NCBI GenBank assembly: GCA_963763325.1
Contig: CAVXOL010000020.1
Coordinates: 53,731-117,730, forward strand
Reading direction: 5' to 3'
Length of the DNA stretch: 64,000 bases
Origin: an uncultured Chloroflexia bacterium
Lineage (GTDB): Bacteria > Chloroflexota > Chloroflexia > Thermomicrobiales > CFX8
A program made the translations under genes and the position numbers. Position 1 is the stretch's first letter. Each line of letters opens with the position of its first letter. Positions 43,539 through 55,129 of this stretch are shown here, piece by piece. The notes beneath the pieces are model-generated. The model was not told the DNA's origin. It saw nothing but the letters and a program-made list of their open reading frames with translations, and did not search any database.

Positions 43539-44156
43539 CTACTCCTCTGACCCGCCACAAGGTGCGGCATCCTCGAACAACCCGGCAACCGCAACCCTGA
43601 TCGGCAACGTCGGTGACACGAGCTCGTTGTCCACATTGAACCGCTGCAGGCTGGTGAAGTCCGCTAGCGTCGCATCAGGCTCGCTGTATACAAGCACATC
43701 CCGCGTCTCAGGCCGCAGGATCCAGTACTCGGGAACACCGGCACAGGCGTAACCACCTCGCTTCACGAACACGTCGTAGTCGGGGTGGCTTGGCGAGAGC
43801 ACCTCCGCGATCAGATCAGGGACGCCACGAATCCGACCATCCGCCGCGATGATGCTCCGTCGTTCCACACGGATAAGCAGAAAGTCGGGCTGAACGACGG
43901 GGTCATCGCCGGGCATGACAACACCGATCGGAGACATCGTACCGATCCCGACGCCCTGATCCTCAATTGGGATCGCGATGTCGCGGAGCAGGTTGCTGAC
44001 GACACGCTGGTGCCAAAAACTCGGCACCGTCGCCATGTACAGCACACCGTCGATTATCTCGTAGCGGTTGCCATCATTCGGCAACCGCTCCCACATCTCA
44101 TACGTCCACGAAGCATCAGACGACCGGAGCAGGAACTCGATGTCACTGAGGACCAT
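43539..44156 (-). CDS. Uma2 family endonuclease
   Basis: RYEIIDG, VQPD, PDLIAEVLSPS, GVPEYWI. Confidence 0.94.
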   Translation of the reverse strand: MVLSDIEFLLRSSDASWTYEMWERLPNDGNRYEIIDGVLYMATVPSFWHQRVVSNLLRDIAIPIEDQGVGIGTMSPIGVVMPGDDPVVQPDFLLIRVERRSIIAADGRIRGVPDLIAEVLSPSHPDYDVFVKRGGYACAGVPEYWILRPETRDVLVYSEPDATLADFTSLQRFNVDNELVSPTLPIRVAVAGLFEDAAPCGGSEE

Positions 44157-44174
44157 CGCGGATCGCTCCTGCTT

Positions 44175-46636
44175 CTAGCCGACGACCCCATCACGCCGGT
44201 CGAGCATCGCGAAGGCGGCGCTGGCGATGTGTTCGGCGTCGATGCCGTAGTGCGGTAGAGGTCGGCGCGCGAGCCGGACTGGCCGAAGTCGTCGACGCCC
44301 AGCGAGACGACTGCGCGCCATGACGCTGCCCAGCCAGGCCAGCGCGTGCGACGCGCCGTCGGCCACGGTCACGATCGGGGCGCGGCGTTCGCTGGCGTGG
44401 AGCAGTCTCGTCGAGGTGCATCGGCAGGGCGCGGGCGTCGGATTCCAGCCCCATCTCCCAGCGCTGGTGACGCTGCCATTCCTTAAAGAGCAGTTGCGCC
44501 GAGGTCAGGTTCAGCACATTGGCGGCCACGCCCTCGTCGTGCAGCAGGCGGGCCGCCTCGATCGCTTCCGGGACCATCGTGCCGCTGGTGACGATCTGGA
44601 CGGTGTCGTGCGGGATCGGCGTCGGCGCGTCGTGGCGGCGCATCGATGAGGCGGTAGCCGCCGGGCAGCACCTGGCGGCGCAGCTCGTCCTGGCCGAGCC
44701 GGTCTGAGGCGGGCTCCAGCAGCGCCTGCTCGATCGGCTTGGTCGAGAGGCGCAGGTAGCTGGAGAGGCCATGCTCGCGGTCGCAGCACTGGCGCAACGC
44801 CTTCGAGCAGCGATCCACTCCAGCTCCTGGGCGAAGGCCGGCTCGTAGGCGCGCAGTTCGGCAGCTCCATGCCGATGGACGGCGTGATCGTCGACTGGTG
44901 CGCGCCGCCCTCCGGCGAGAGCGAGATGCCCGACTGGGCGTGCCGGCGATGATGAACTTGCGGTGGGAGTAGACGCCATAGATGAACGCGTCCAGCCCGC
45001 GGCAGACGAACGGGTCGTAGACGGTGCCGATCGGGAAGAGCAGTTGGCCGCAGAGTTCGTGCGAGAGGCCGAACATTGCCAGCAGCATGAACAGGTTCAT
45101 CTCCGAGATGCCCAGCTCGATGTGCTGGCCGCTCGGCTTCGGCTCCCAGCGCAGCAGGCGCGGGCCGCTCGTCGCCAGGTCGGCGCTTCCTGCGCTGGCG
45201 AAGACCCCGGCCTTGTTGATCCAGCCGCCCAGGTTGGTCGAGACCGAGACGTCCGGCGCGGCGGTCACGATGCGCTTGCCGACCTCCGGCAGGTCGGCCA
45301 GTCGCGTCAGCAGCCGCCCGAGCGCCTCCTGGGTGCTGGTCTGCTTGGTCCGGTCGTGGCCGAGGTGCTCCGGGATCGCTTCGGCCTCGACGGCGCGGCG
45401 CGGGACGCGGTCGCCCGCCGTAGATGCGCTCCCAGGACTGCGGCGCAGCATTGCCCTTCCGGGGAATCGGGGTCGAAGCGCGCCCACTCCTCTCCGGCGG
45501 CGATGCCGAGGCTCTCGCGCACCGGGTCGAGCTGGTTCGGGTTGAGCAGCGCCGAGTGGTTGAGCGCATCGCCGGCGAACGGCAGGCCCCAGCCCTTGAT
45601 CGTGTAGGCGAACAGCACCGTCGGCCGGTCGCCGGGTGCGAGAGTCCTTCGTCGATGGCGTGCGAGCAGGTCGTCCAGGTCGTGCCCGCCGAGGTTGGCC
45701 AGCAGGCCCGGCAGCTCGTCGTCCGGCACGTCGGCGACGACGCGCTTCGAGTCTTCGTCGTCGACGTTGGTCCGGTCGAGCAGCCGCGGCGCGCAAGGTC
45801 GCGCCGTCCAGCCGGATCAGCGTCTGGTACTCCTCGTTGGCCATGTCGTCGATCGCCTGGCGCAGGGCATCGCCACCCGGCTTGGCGAAGACCTCGCGCA
45901 GCCGCCGCGCCATACTTCGTCTTCCAGCACCCGCCAGCCGGATCCGGCGAAGAGCTGCTTGATGCCGCGTGGCGCGGATGCCGGGGATGACCCGGTCGAG
46001 GCACTGGCGGTTGAGTCGACGATCCAGAGACGTTGCCGACGTGCGCCAGCGCCTCCTCGATCAGCGCCTCCCAGATGTTGCCCTCGTCCAGCTCGGCGTC
46101 GCCGATCAGGGCGATGAAGCGGTTGCTGGTGACCTCGCCGAAGTGCTCCTCGCGCGTAGCGGTGCGAGAGCGCGGCGAACAGCGGCGCGACCGCGCCCAG
46201 CCCGACCGAGCCGGTCGAGAAGTCGACCGGGTCCGGGTCCTTGGTGCGGCTGGGGTACGACTTGCAAGCCCCTGTACTCGCGCAGCGTCGTCAGATACTG
46301 TCGGGTCGAGCTGTCGCCGAGCAGGTACTGGATGGCGTGGAAGGCCGGCGAGGCGTGCGGCTTGATCGAGACGCGGTCGCCCCGCCGCAGCGAGTGGAAA
46401 TAGAGCGCGGTCAGGATCGAGACGACCGACGCCGACGACGCCTGGTGCCCGCCGACCTTGATGCCGTCGCTGTTGGGGCGCACGTGGTTGGCGTGGTGGA
46501 TGATGTGGGTCGAGAGCCAGAGGATGCGCTTCTGGATCGCATCCAGGACGGCAAGCTGCTCCGACGAGAGTCGCTGCTCATCGCCGAGCAGCTGGCTAAT
46601 ATCGGTAATCTCCGACGACTTTGCCGTCCGGCTCAT
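44175..46636 (-). CDS. aceE: Pyruvate dehydrogenase E1-like TPP enzyme (AceE family; many indels)
   Basis: KVGGHQASSAS, AYTIKGWGLP, HIELGISEMN, YDPFVCRGLDA, SPEGGAHQS, HYGIDAEHI. Confidence 0.85.
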
Positions 46637-46650
46637 GGGGCCTCCTTCGT

Positions 46651-46774
46651 GATTCGGGAGTCGGGACGCGGGAAGCGGAACGAAAGGGCGGAATTCATGT
46701 CACCGTGGATTGTCCGTTATTCGGGTGGCAACGGGCAACCTGTGCACGCATCCGCGTCTCCGATCCCGACTCTC
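46651..46774. repeat. Heptamer-like inverted arms upstream of the PDH-E1 gene
   Basis: CGGGAGT CGGGACG CGGGAAG on the left; TCCGCGTCTCCGATCCCGACTCTC on the right. Confidence 0.5.
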
Positions 46775-47164
46775 AGATTCCCTCGACATAGATCCGCCGC
46801 ACAATCCCCTCAATGTCCGGCTCTTCGAGCGGCAGATCCCACCAGAGCTGCGAACGCTGACCAACGACGACCCCTATCCGTCGCGCCAGCTCACGCCGCT
46901 GTCGCCACTGCGGATCGTCAGCGCGATCTCCCACCAGGCGAATATATAGACGGGCATCAGCAACGCCTGACCGAGCCAGACGAAGGTCAGTGCATCTCTC
47001 TCCGTCCAGCCAGCCTCGACTACACGTCCCTGGTAAGCTGCGATGAAGACGTACGAGATCATCACCCCGAAGAACGCATTGGTAATCAACCCGGAGACAC
47101 TGGCCGCTCGGTAGGTGAGAAAGCGCGCGAATGCCCGCTTCGCGACCTCGACATACAGCCGCAC
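46773..47164 (-). pseudogene. Collapsed ABC-2 exporter operon: permease N-terminus, ATPase mid-fragment, ATPase C-terminus
   Basis: VRLYVEVAKRAF..TYRAA..WLGQAL..IRSGD | RRELARRIGVVVGQRSQLWWDLPL | EEPDIEGIVRRIY*. Confidence 0.75.
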
Positions 47165-47439
47165 CGGACCTCCCGCCGCCATCGTCACCTTGCACAAAGG
47201 GCCGATGATTGTAGCAGATGACGTTGAGAGCCAGTATGTTGCAAGGACGTCGCGCACGACAGCGTCAACACATCAACAATTGATCGACGGAGTGCTCCTC
47301 GTTTGCTCATAAGCTACGCCACATCTCTGACAGGCTGTTGCGGAACTGACACACTCTAGACCCGGATGTCATCCGTCCGAGAGTGGGTTGGGCGGATAAT
47401 GAAAGTCGTGGTCCGTAAATCCATTGGAGGAGGGAAACT

Positions 47440-48220
47440 GTGAAGACCCCACAGGAGCTATTTCGACCTGTCCGGCGCGGTCGCGATCGTCACTGGCGCC
47501 GGTTCGGGATTGGGCGCGCTCTTCGCCACGGCACTGGCCGAAGCTGGATCTGACGTTGTCTGTGCCGACCTGCATGTGCCGGGCGCTGAGGAGACGGCTC
47601 GCGAGATCGAGAAGATCGGCCGGTCCGCGCTGGTGGTTGAGGTCGATGTCGCCGATGAGGACGCCGTCACGCGGATGGTCCACGCCACGCTCGACCGCTT
47701 CGGCAGGCTCGACATCCTCGTCAACAACGCAGGTATCGCCGTCACCGGCCCTCCGGAGGATTTGACCATGGCGGACTGGCAGCGCGTCGTCGCTGTCAAC
47801 CAGACAGGGGTGTTCCTCTGCGCTCGCGAGGCGGCCAAGGCGATGATTGCCAGCCACACCTCCGGACGGATCATCAACATCGCCTCGATTCTCGGAGCCG
47901 TCGCATCTCAGCCGGGGCCAGCCACTGCCTACGCCGCGAGCAAGGGCGCCGTTATCAACCTGACTCGCGACCTGGCCGTCCACTGGGCGCCGCACGGCAT
48001 CCGCGTCAACGCGCTCGGCCCGGCCTACTTCCCCAGCGCGATGACTGGCGACGCCTTTGCTGTCCCAGAAGTCGTCATCGAGCTCGAACGACGTACCCCG
48101 ATGGGTCGGACCGGCCGGCTCGAAGATCTCAAAGGTCCGATCGTCTTCCTGGCTTCGGACGCATCAAGTTACGTCACCGGCCAGACGCTGTTCGTCGACG
48201 GCGGCTGGACCGCATGGTGA
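47440..48220 (+). CDS. SDR family oxidoreductase (indel near start)
   Basis: FDLSGAVAIVTGAGSGLG, LVNNAG, YAASK, VDGGWTAW. Confidence 0.95.
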
Positions 48221-48506
48221 CATAAAAGCAGCAACGGTTCACTCAACACCGAAGAGTTGCCCGGCTCGACCCGGAGGCGGCAGGATCTGATCGTTGGTTG
48301 ATAACCATGCCTGTCTTGCCAACCTCATTGCTAAGCAATACCCAGCAAAGCACAAGGCTTGCACTGTCTGTTTTGACGCGTTGGCACGATATTGACACGT
48401 CCATCCGTCGGACGGCGCATCCCGGTAACACTGAAGCCAGTATCGTGAGAGGAGGTTGATTGCCGACGTCGTCGCAGAACACTGCTCATCCGTACTGAAG
48501 GTCATC

Positions 48507-48952
48507 ATGCATCCCGAACCGGAGCGACCACCCGTCGCCGTCCTCCGCAATGTGGTCAAGGCCTTTGAGACAGCGGCCGGCCTGTTTCAGGCGCTACGCG
48601 GGGTGAGCCTGCGGATCGACGCTGGCGAGTTCGTTGCCATTACGGGTCGGTCGGGCAGCGGCAAATCGACACTGATCAACGTGCTAACCGGGATCGACGG
48701 GCCGACGAGCGGTGAGGTGCTTGTCTGCGGCGCGGCGCTCGAGACCCTGAGCGAGAACAAGCTCGCCGTCTGGCGTGGTCACAACCTGGGTATCATCTTC
48801 CAGTTCTTTCAGTTGCTCGCGACGCTGTCGGTGCTCGACAACGTGATGCTCCCGATGGATTTCGCCGGGAAGTATCGCGCCAGCGAACGACCGGAGCGGG
48901 CGATGGCCCTGCTGGAGCAGGTCGAGTTGGTCGAGCACGCCCACAAGCTGCC
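48507..48952 (+). pseudogene. LolD/MacB-type ABC ATPase truncated before the signature motif
   Basis: GRSGSGKST and FQFFQL present; breaks after HAHKLP with no LSGG or Walker B. Confidence 0.75.
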
Positions 48953-50052
48953 GGCTGGCCCTGACATTGGCGACGCTGACGCTCGGAGGCGCGATCTTCG
49001 CCAGCGTCGCGACCGTTCAGACCTCGCTGGACGGCACCTTCGACGAGATGATGCAGTACTGGAGCTATGACGTCGAGGTCAACTTTGACGAGGCCACACC
49101 AGCCGAACTGGCGATCAGTGAGGCCGAGACGGTTCCAGGCGTCGAGCAGGCCGAAGGCTGGATCGCTACCAATGCATCGCGCCTGCGTCCCGACGGAACC
49201 CAGAACTCGAACATCTGGTTGCTGGCTGTCCCGGACGACAGCGATCTCATTCGCCCGACGCTTGTCGAGGGCCGATGGCTTGAGCCAGGTGAGAATGATG
49301 CGCTGGTTGTCAACGTGGACTTCCAGAGTGGTGAGTCGGACGTCGAGGTCGGCGACCTGGTGACCCTCAACGCCGAGGGACACGAGCTCACCTGGCCGGT
49401 TGTTGGCGTCGTCACCAGCCAGTTGATGGGTCCCGTCGTCTATGCACCCTACGAACCATTCAGCGCAGCCGTCGACATGGCCGGTGACATTAACCGGGTC
49501 GTGCTGGTCACTGAGCGGCATGACGCAGCGGCTCAAACGGCCGCTGCGGAGCAGGCTGATGCGCAGCTGCGGGCTGCTGGCCTGCCGGTCGTGGGGGTCG
49601 AAACCAACAGTGACATGCGTGGTGGAACCCAAAGCCTCTTCACGATCCTGGTCGTGCTGCTCGTCGTCGTCAGCATCCTGCTGGTGATCGTCGGCTCGCT
49701 CGGACTGATGGGCGCGATGTCACTCAATGTTATCGAGCGCACCCGCGAGATCGGCGTGATGCGGGCAATCGGAGCGTCGAACGGCATGGTTGCCAGGATC
49801 GTGATCGTTGAGGGATTGGTCGTCGGGCTGCTCAGTTGGTCGCTTGGCGCGTTCCTCGCGCTGCCGCTGAGTTGGGGGCTTGCCTATCTGATCGGCGTCG
49901 CCCTCGTGCAGTCACCGCTGGCCTATGTCTTCTCGATCCTCGGCGTCCTGCTGTGGCTGGTCCTCGTCGTCGTGCTCTCGGTGCTGGCGAGTGTTCTCCC
50001 GGCTCGTCGTGCCTGGCGGCTGAGCGTGCGCGAAGTGCTGGCATACGAGTAG
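48953..50052 (+). pseudogene. FtsX/MacB-type ABC permease, C-terminal half only
   Basis: Begins at LALTLATLTLGGAIF without a start or RBS; NVIERTREIGVMRAIGA; LSVREVLAYE*. Confidence 0.75.
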
Positions 50053-50399
50053 ACCGCGACCATCTGAACACCTCGTAAACCTGATCGGGATGGACGTCGG
50101 TCCGTCCCGATCCACTTGGTTCTCGGTGATCACCGCATCAGTTGCGGCACTGGCTTCCCCGTCGTGGACTGTCCTGGCGGATCAACTCGATCCGAGGATT
50201 GACACAGGATTGATACAGATGGCTCCTGAAAAGCACCTCGCTGTTGTGCCTGCGGGGCTATCCTGCGGATGATCCGGCGTCACCCGCCGATCAGACGGTC
50301 GACGGCGGACGGTGCCGGCAGGGAGGATGCCTTCATGCGTACCGGGGGCCTGCCACGGATCGTCGCGATCGGGTGGGTCGTTGTCGATAGCCTGCGTCT

Positions 50400-50630
50400 C
50401 ACCGGGCAACCGGTCACGGCTGACGAGGCAGTTGACGACATCAATGCCGTTGTCGAATCTCAGTTCGACGACTCGCGTGTTCCGGGCGCGACGATCGCCA
50501 TCGTCCAGGACGGCGAACTGGCCTACGCATGGAGCTTCGCCATCGACGACGGCTTCGCCATGACGGCCCAAACACCGTTTCCCATTGGTTCACTCACGAA
50601 GTCCTTCACGGAACTGGCCGTCATGCAGCG
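50400..50630 (+). pseudogene. Serine beta-lactamase-like hydrolase N-terminal fragment
   Basis: VPGATIAIVQDG..TPFPIGSLTKSFT (SxxK), then resemblance ends. Confidence 0.7.
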
Positions 50631-50657
50631 CTGCTTCCAGCGGAAGGGTGACCTCAG

Positions 50658-53092
50658 ATGAAGCCCGCAGTTGAATCCCAACGCCACTTCCCAACGGTCG
50701 GCCTGCCCCGCACATCCCAACTTTCAATGCCACGCTATAGTGGTGCGCTGCCACGGTTGTCGCTGCTGTTGGTCCTCGCGCTGCTCGTCTGGACCGGCCT
50801 CCAGCAACTCTCGACACCGGATGTCGTCCCGGCCACCGCGTCTGCAACCGAGTTCTCGGCCGCCCGGGCGATGGAGCACCTGCGCGTCATCACCGTCGAG
50901 CCGCGCGCCGTCGGCCTCCTCGGCCACACTGCGACTCGCGAATACCTGGTTGCCCAACTGGAGGCGATGGGCCTTGAAACTGAGGTCCAGGACGACCTCG
51001 ATCGCCGTCACTGGCGAGGGGGGCGCCGAAGGGATCGGCGCGGATACGGTCTACAACGTTCGGCCCGTCTGCCTGGCACCGACAGTACCGGCGCGATCGC
51101 GATCGACGCCCACTATGACACCGGCGCGACCGGTCCTGGCGCGATGGATGCCGGCTCTGGCGTCGTCACGATACTGGAGACGATCCGCGCGATCCAGGCG
51201 GTCCGGCGCTCCGCAACGACCTGATCGTCGTCTTCGCGGACGCTGAGGAAGAGGGCATGCTTGGCGCGGCCGCCTTCAACCAGCAGCACCCGCTAGCGGA
51301 CGATGTCCGGCTGGCGATCAACTTCGAGGGAGCTGGTGGCGATGGCCCGGCTCTCCTCTACGCCACCAGCCAGCACAACAACTGGCTCGTCAAAGAGTTC
51401 CTCGAGGCTGCTCCGCAGGCCAGTGCCTCCTCGCTGATGACCGAGATCGTCAACCTCTACGAGGCTGGCCGACTCGACTGTGACCTCGGTGAGTTCACCG
51501 ATAACGGCAGCCTCGGTCTCGGCTTTGTCGTCCTCGGCGACACGCCCGTCTACCACACTGTCCGTGACAACCCGGACGTGATCGACCCCGGCAGCATCCA
51601 GCAGGAGGGCGACAACACCCTCGCCGCCGTTCGCCACTTCGGCAACCTCGACCTGGCCGACACGCCACAGAATGGCGACCGCGTCTTCTTCAACATCTGG
51701 CCGGGCGTCGTCGTCCACTACCCGGCGACCTGGGCTCTCGTGCTGGCGCTCGCCGAAACCGCCATCATCGGCACCCTGCTGTTCACCGGAATCCGGCGCG
51801 GGCAGCTGACCCGCCGTGGCCTGCTGGCAGGGGCCATGGTCTACCTGCTCGGCACGCTCGGCGCGGTCACCGTCGCTGCCGCCACCTGGTTCGCGATCCA
51901 CGCGTTCAACCCCGACTACCAGGTCATGCTCGTCGGCAACTACCAGTCCGGCTTCTATGTTGTCGCCCTCGCTGCCCTGACCGTCGCTGTCGCCGCGGCG
52001 CTCTACACGCTGCTGGACGGCCGCGTTCGCCGTCAGAATCTGGTCGCCGGTGTCCTGCTTGGTGGTCTGCTGCCGCTCTGGTTTGCCAGCGTCGCCCTCC
52101 CCGGCATGAGCTACCTGATCGCCTGGCCGTTGCTCTTCGCAACGCTGCCGCTGGCCTGGTCGTCTTACGCCGGCCGACTGGCCGAGCACCAGTGGTGGCG
52201 TGCCGGCATCCTTGCCGTCTCCGCCGTCCCGGCCATCGTCATCCTGCCGGGAACGCTCCACGCGATGCTGGGTCTCGTCAACCGGCTCGAAGGGTTGTCC
52301 GGACTCGGCCTGCTGGGACTGCTGATGATCTTCGTCGCGCCACTGGCCGGCCTCTTTGTCCCGCACCTGCACTTCGTTGCCGGTGAGCCGAACGCTCGAC
52401 GCCGTCGCCGCTGGGCCCTGCCTGGCACGGTTGCGCTGCTGGCCGTCGCGCTGCTGGCCTGGGGCAACCTGACCTCGGGCTTCGATGCCGATCAGCCCCG
52501 CCCCGACCGGATCGCCTACGAGCTGAACGCCGACACCGGCCAGGCACAGTGGGTCAGCTACGATCGTCAGCTCGACAACTGGACCCGCCAGTTCTTCCCA
52601 GCGGAGACCAGGGCCGTCGATCACGAGACCGCCATGCTCGGGACGCTCTCCGCCTTCGTTGCCCCGGCCCCGCTCGCGACCCTCGCGCCACCGGAGGTTA
52701 CGGTCATCAACGACATGACCGACGGTGACCTGCGGACGCTGACACTCAACATCACGTCTCCGGAGAACGCCCGCATCAGCGTCGCCGACATTGACGCGCC
52801 GGGAGAGGTTGTTGCCGTCGCCGTCGATGGCCGTCCGCTCGACCTGAGCGGCCTCGACTGGGCACGCGATGGCGAGTTCCCGATCATCTACCGCAACGTC
52901 CCGACAGCCGGCTGGGAGTTGACGCTGACCATCCGATCGACCGAGCCGGTCGTCGTCACGATCGAGGAGACCAAGGACGGTCTGCCCGACGTACCGGGCT
53001 TCACGATCGAGCCACGCCCGGCTGACACAATGGCCGCGCCGAGCTACGCCTACGACCCGACAACCGTAATTCGCAGCTTCAGCTTTGAGTAG
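50658..53092 (+). CDS. Membrane-bound M28 family metallopeptidase (indels near 50990-51240)
   Basis: FSAARAMEHL, AHYDT, GAMDAGSGV, DAEEEG, NFEGAG, YHT; multi-TM middle region. Confidence 0.9.
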
Positions 53093-53214
53093 TTCCGCAT
53101 GCAGGACGGGCGGCATACCAGCAGGAAGGAAGGCACCAGATGCATGCATTCAACAACGCCCCTCAGCTATTACCGAACGGCTCCGCATCGAGACTGATGC
53201 GAAGGGAGGACGCG

Positions 53215-54147
53215 ATGAGCCGCACGATTCGTTTCCTGTTACTCGTCGTGAGCGTCCTCGTGGCGCTTCTACCGGCGGCCGTCTTCGCACAGAACGGTGA
53301 CGACGACGGCGATCTGCTGCTGCGGATCAACGGCCCGATCACTGTTGCTCCGGGAGAGACGCACGAGACCGTGGTGGTGATCTCCGATGACGTGACGATG
53401 GATGGCACGATCGACTCGATGCTTCTTGTCATCGACGGTGATGCTATCGTCACCGGCCAGGTCGATGGTGACATCACCGTCATCCGCGGCACCCTGACAC
53501 TCGAACCGTCGGCACGCGTCGACAACGTCAATATCGTTGACGGGACACTCGTCCGTGCTGACGGTGCCGTCATCGCTGGTGAGTTTTCGCAACGATCCGA
53601 CTTCCTCAACGTCTGGCAACTAGGCCTGATCTCGGCGTTCGTCTGGCTCGGGATGACGCTGGTCGTCCTGGCCGCCGGGATTGTCTTTGCCGCTGTCGCC
53701 GGACGCCAGCTGACGACCGCCGGTGACCAGATTGCGCACAATCCCGGTCCGGCAGTCCTTGCCGCGCTCGTCGCCTGGATCGCGATGCCGGTTCTGATGG
53801 TGCTGGCCATCTTCACGCTGGTCGGCATTCCAATGGGAATCGGCTACTTCGTCTTCGTGCTGCCGGTGCTTTGGTTCACTGGCTATCTGGTAGCTGGGAC
53901 ACAGCTCGGCAGGCTGATCATGCGCCGTCGTACCGCTGGGCAGCGTCCGTATCTTCCAGCCGTGCTCGGCCTGCTGATCCTGCAGTCCGTCAGCTGGATA
54001 CCGTGGTTTGGCCCGATGATCGCGTTCGTGGCCGGCGTCGTCGGCAGCGGCGCGCTGCTCCTGCTGGCCTGGCAGGCGTGGCGCGGCCCACAGGCCGAGC
54101 CAGCCGCCCAGCAACCATCGCTCAACCTGCCCGCGCAGTTGACGTAA
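53215..54147 (+). CDS. Membrane protein with bactofilin-like beta-helix N-domain and TM C-domain
   Basis: Signal peptide; DVTMDG/DAIVTGQVDGDITV repeats; TLVGIP multi-TM region. Confidence 0.8.
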   Translation: MSRTIRFLLLVVSVLVALLPAAVFAQNGDDDGDLLLRINGPITVAPGETHETVVVISDDVTMDGTIDSMLLVIDGDAIVTGQVDGDITVIRGTLTLEPSARVDNVNIVDGTLVRADGAVIAGEFSQRSDFLNVWQLGLISAFVWLGMTLVVLAAGIVFAAVAGRQLTTAGDQIAHNPGPAVLAALVAWIAMPVLMVLAIFTLVGIPMGIGYFVFVLPVLWFTGYLVAGTQLGRLIMRRRTAGQRPYLPAVLGLLILQSVSWIPWFGPMIAFVAGVVGSGALLLLAWQAWRGPQAEPAAQQPSLNLPAQLT

Positions 54148-54150
54148 TCT

Positions 54151-54191
54151 GTTGGTGGCCCGCCCGGGACGAGACCGGCGCGGCCACCAAC
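54151..54191. terminator. Intergenic hairpin
   Basis: GTTGGTGGCC...GGCCACCAAC 10-bp stem. Confidence 0.45.
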
Positions 54192-54211
54192 CAGAGAAAT
54201 GGAAGGAACTG

Positions 54212-55033
54212 ATGGCAACTGAAATCGCGCTCGATCCGCAACGACCGGTCGATCAGTCCTCACTTGCCCGAGTTGCCGCTGAAGCCATGCCAACTGTGCC
54301 TGAGCCGGAGATGGCTGTCTCGCTCGACAGGTCGGGCACAGTCGTCGACGCGCTACGCGCTTTCGGCGTGGTCATCGGCCCGTCAATCGTGTTCGATATC
54401 GTCACGCTGGGCAGTGTCCCGGCCCTGCTGAGCAGGCGGATGCGGCCGTTTGCGGTCCTTGGCACGGCGCTACTGGCGGCCTACTGGTTCGCGATCCGCC
54501 CCTGGCATCTCCGCTGGGGAGCAACTGACGAGGAGGTCGTCAAGACACTCCCCGGCGATGATCTGGAGCCGGATCCCGGCATTCAGATGACGCGTGCCAT
54601 CACGATCGACGCGCCGGTCGAGGCTGTCTGGCCCTGGTTGGCGCAGATCGGCCAGGAGCGCGGCGGCTTCTACAGCTATGAGTGGCTCGAGAACCTGGCT
54701 GGCTGCCAGATGGTCAATGCCGAGCGGATACACCCCGAGTGGCAGCATCGCGAGGTGGGCGAGACGGTCAAGCTTCATCCGCTGACCGGACTCATGGTGA
54801 GCCGATTCGAGCCGAACCGAATCTTCGGCATCGAGGGCTGGGGTGTCTACGTCGTCGAGCCAACGAACGATGGCAAGCAGACGCGCCTGATCGGTCGTGC
54901 CCGGGTTGGTCGAGGGATGACGGCGCTGTTCTATGCCCTCTGCATCGAGATCCCGCACTTCGTGATGGAGCGTAAGATGCTACTGGGTATCAAGGAACGC
55001 GCCGAACACTCGCATATCGATTCAGTCAGGTGA
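54212..55033 (+). CDS. SRPBCC-like conserved protein
   Basis: WGATDEE..LPGD, TRAITIDAPVEAVWPWLAQIGQERGGFYSYEWLENL, HFVMERKML. Confidence 0.85.
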   Translation: MATEIALDPQRPVDQSSLARVAAEAMPTVPEPEMAVSLDRSGTVVDALRAFGVVIGPSIVFDIVTLGSVPALLSRRMRPFAVLGTALLAAYWFAIRPWHLRWGATDEEVVKTLPGDDLEPDPGIQMTRAITIDAPVEAVWPWLAQIGQERGGFYSYEWLENLAGCQMVNAERIHPEWQHREVGETVKLHPLTGLMVSRFEPNRIFGIEGWGVYVVEPTNDGKQTRLIGRARVGRGMTALFYALCIEIPHFVMERKMLLGIKERAEHSHIDSVR

Positions 55034-55129
55034 CCACTCCGGATTACCGGTAGCGCACGCGAGTGGCCAGCTTCCGGTGACCGCGTCCGTCGCCCTTGCC
55101 GGCGTGCTGTCGAAGAGAGGGTTCTCCAC

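Noticed and set aside
43539..44156. Uma2 nucleases as part of the defence island or as mobile elements
   Set aside because: Commonly multi-copy stand-alone genes; no terminal repeats or target duplications seen, and this copy directly follows the PDH-E1 gene on the same strand.
48381..48397. Sigma-54 promoter TTGGCACGATATTGA
   Set aside because: Spacing is one base short and the -12 GC is missing.
51293..53149. 618-aa minus-strand ORF and similar long antisense ORFs (7223-8188, 24145-25122, 33491-34411, 37758-38831)
   Set aside because: Shadow frames of well-supported genes in high-GC DNA, with no recognisable motifs.
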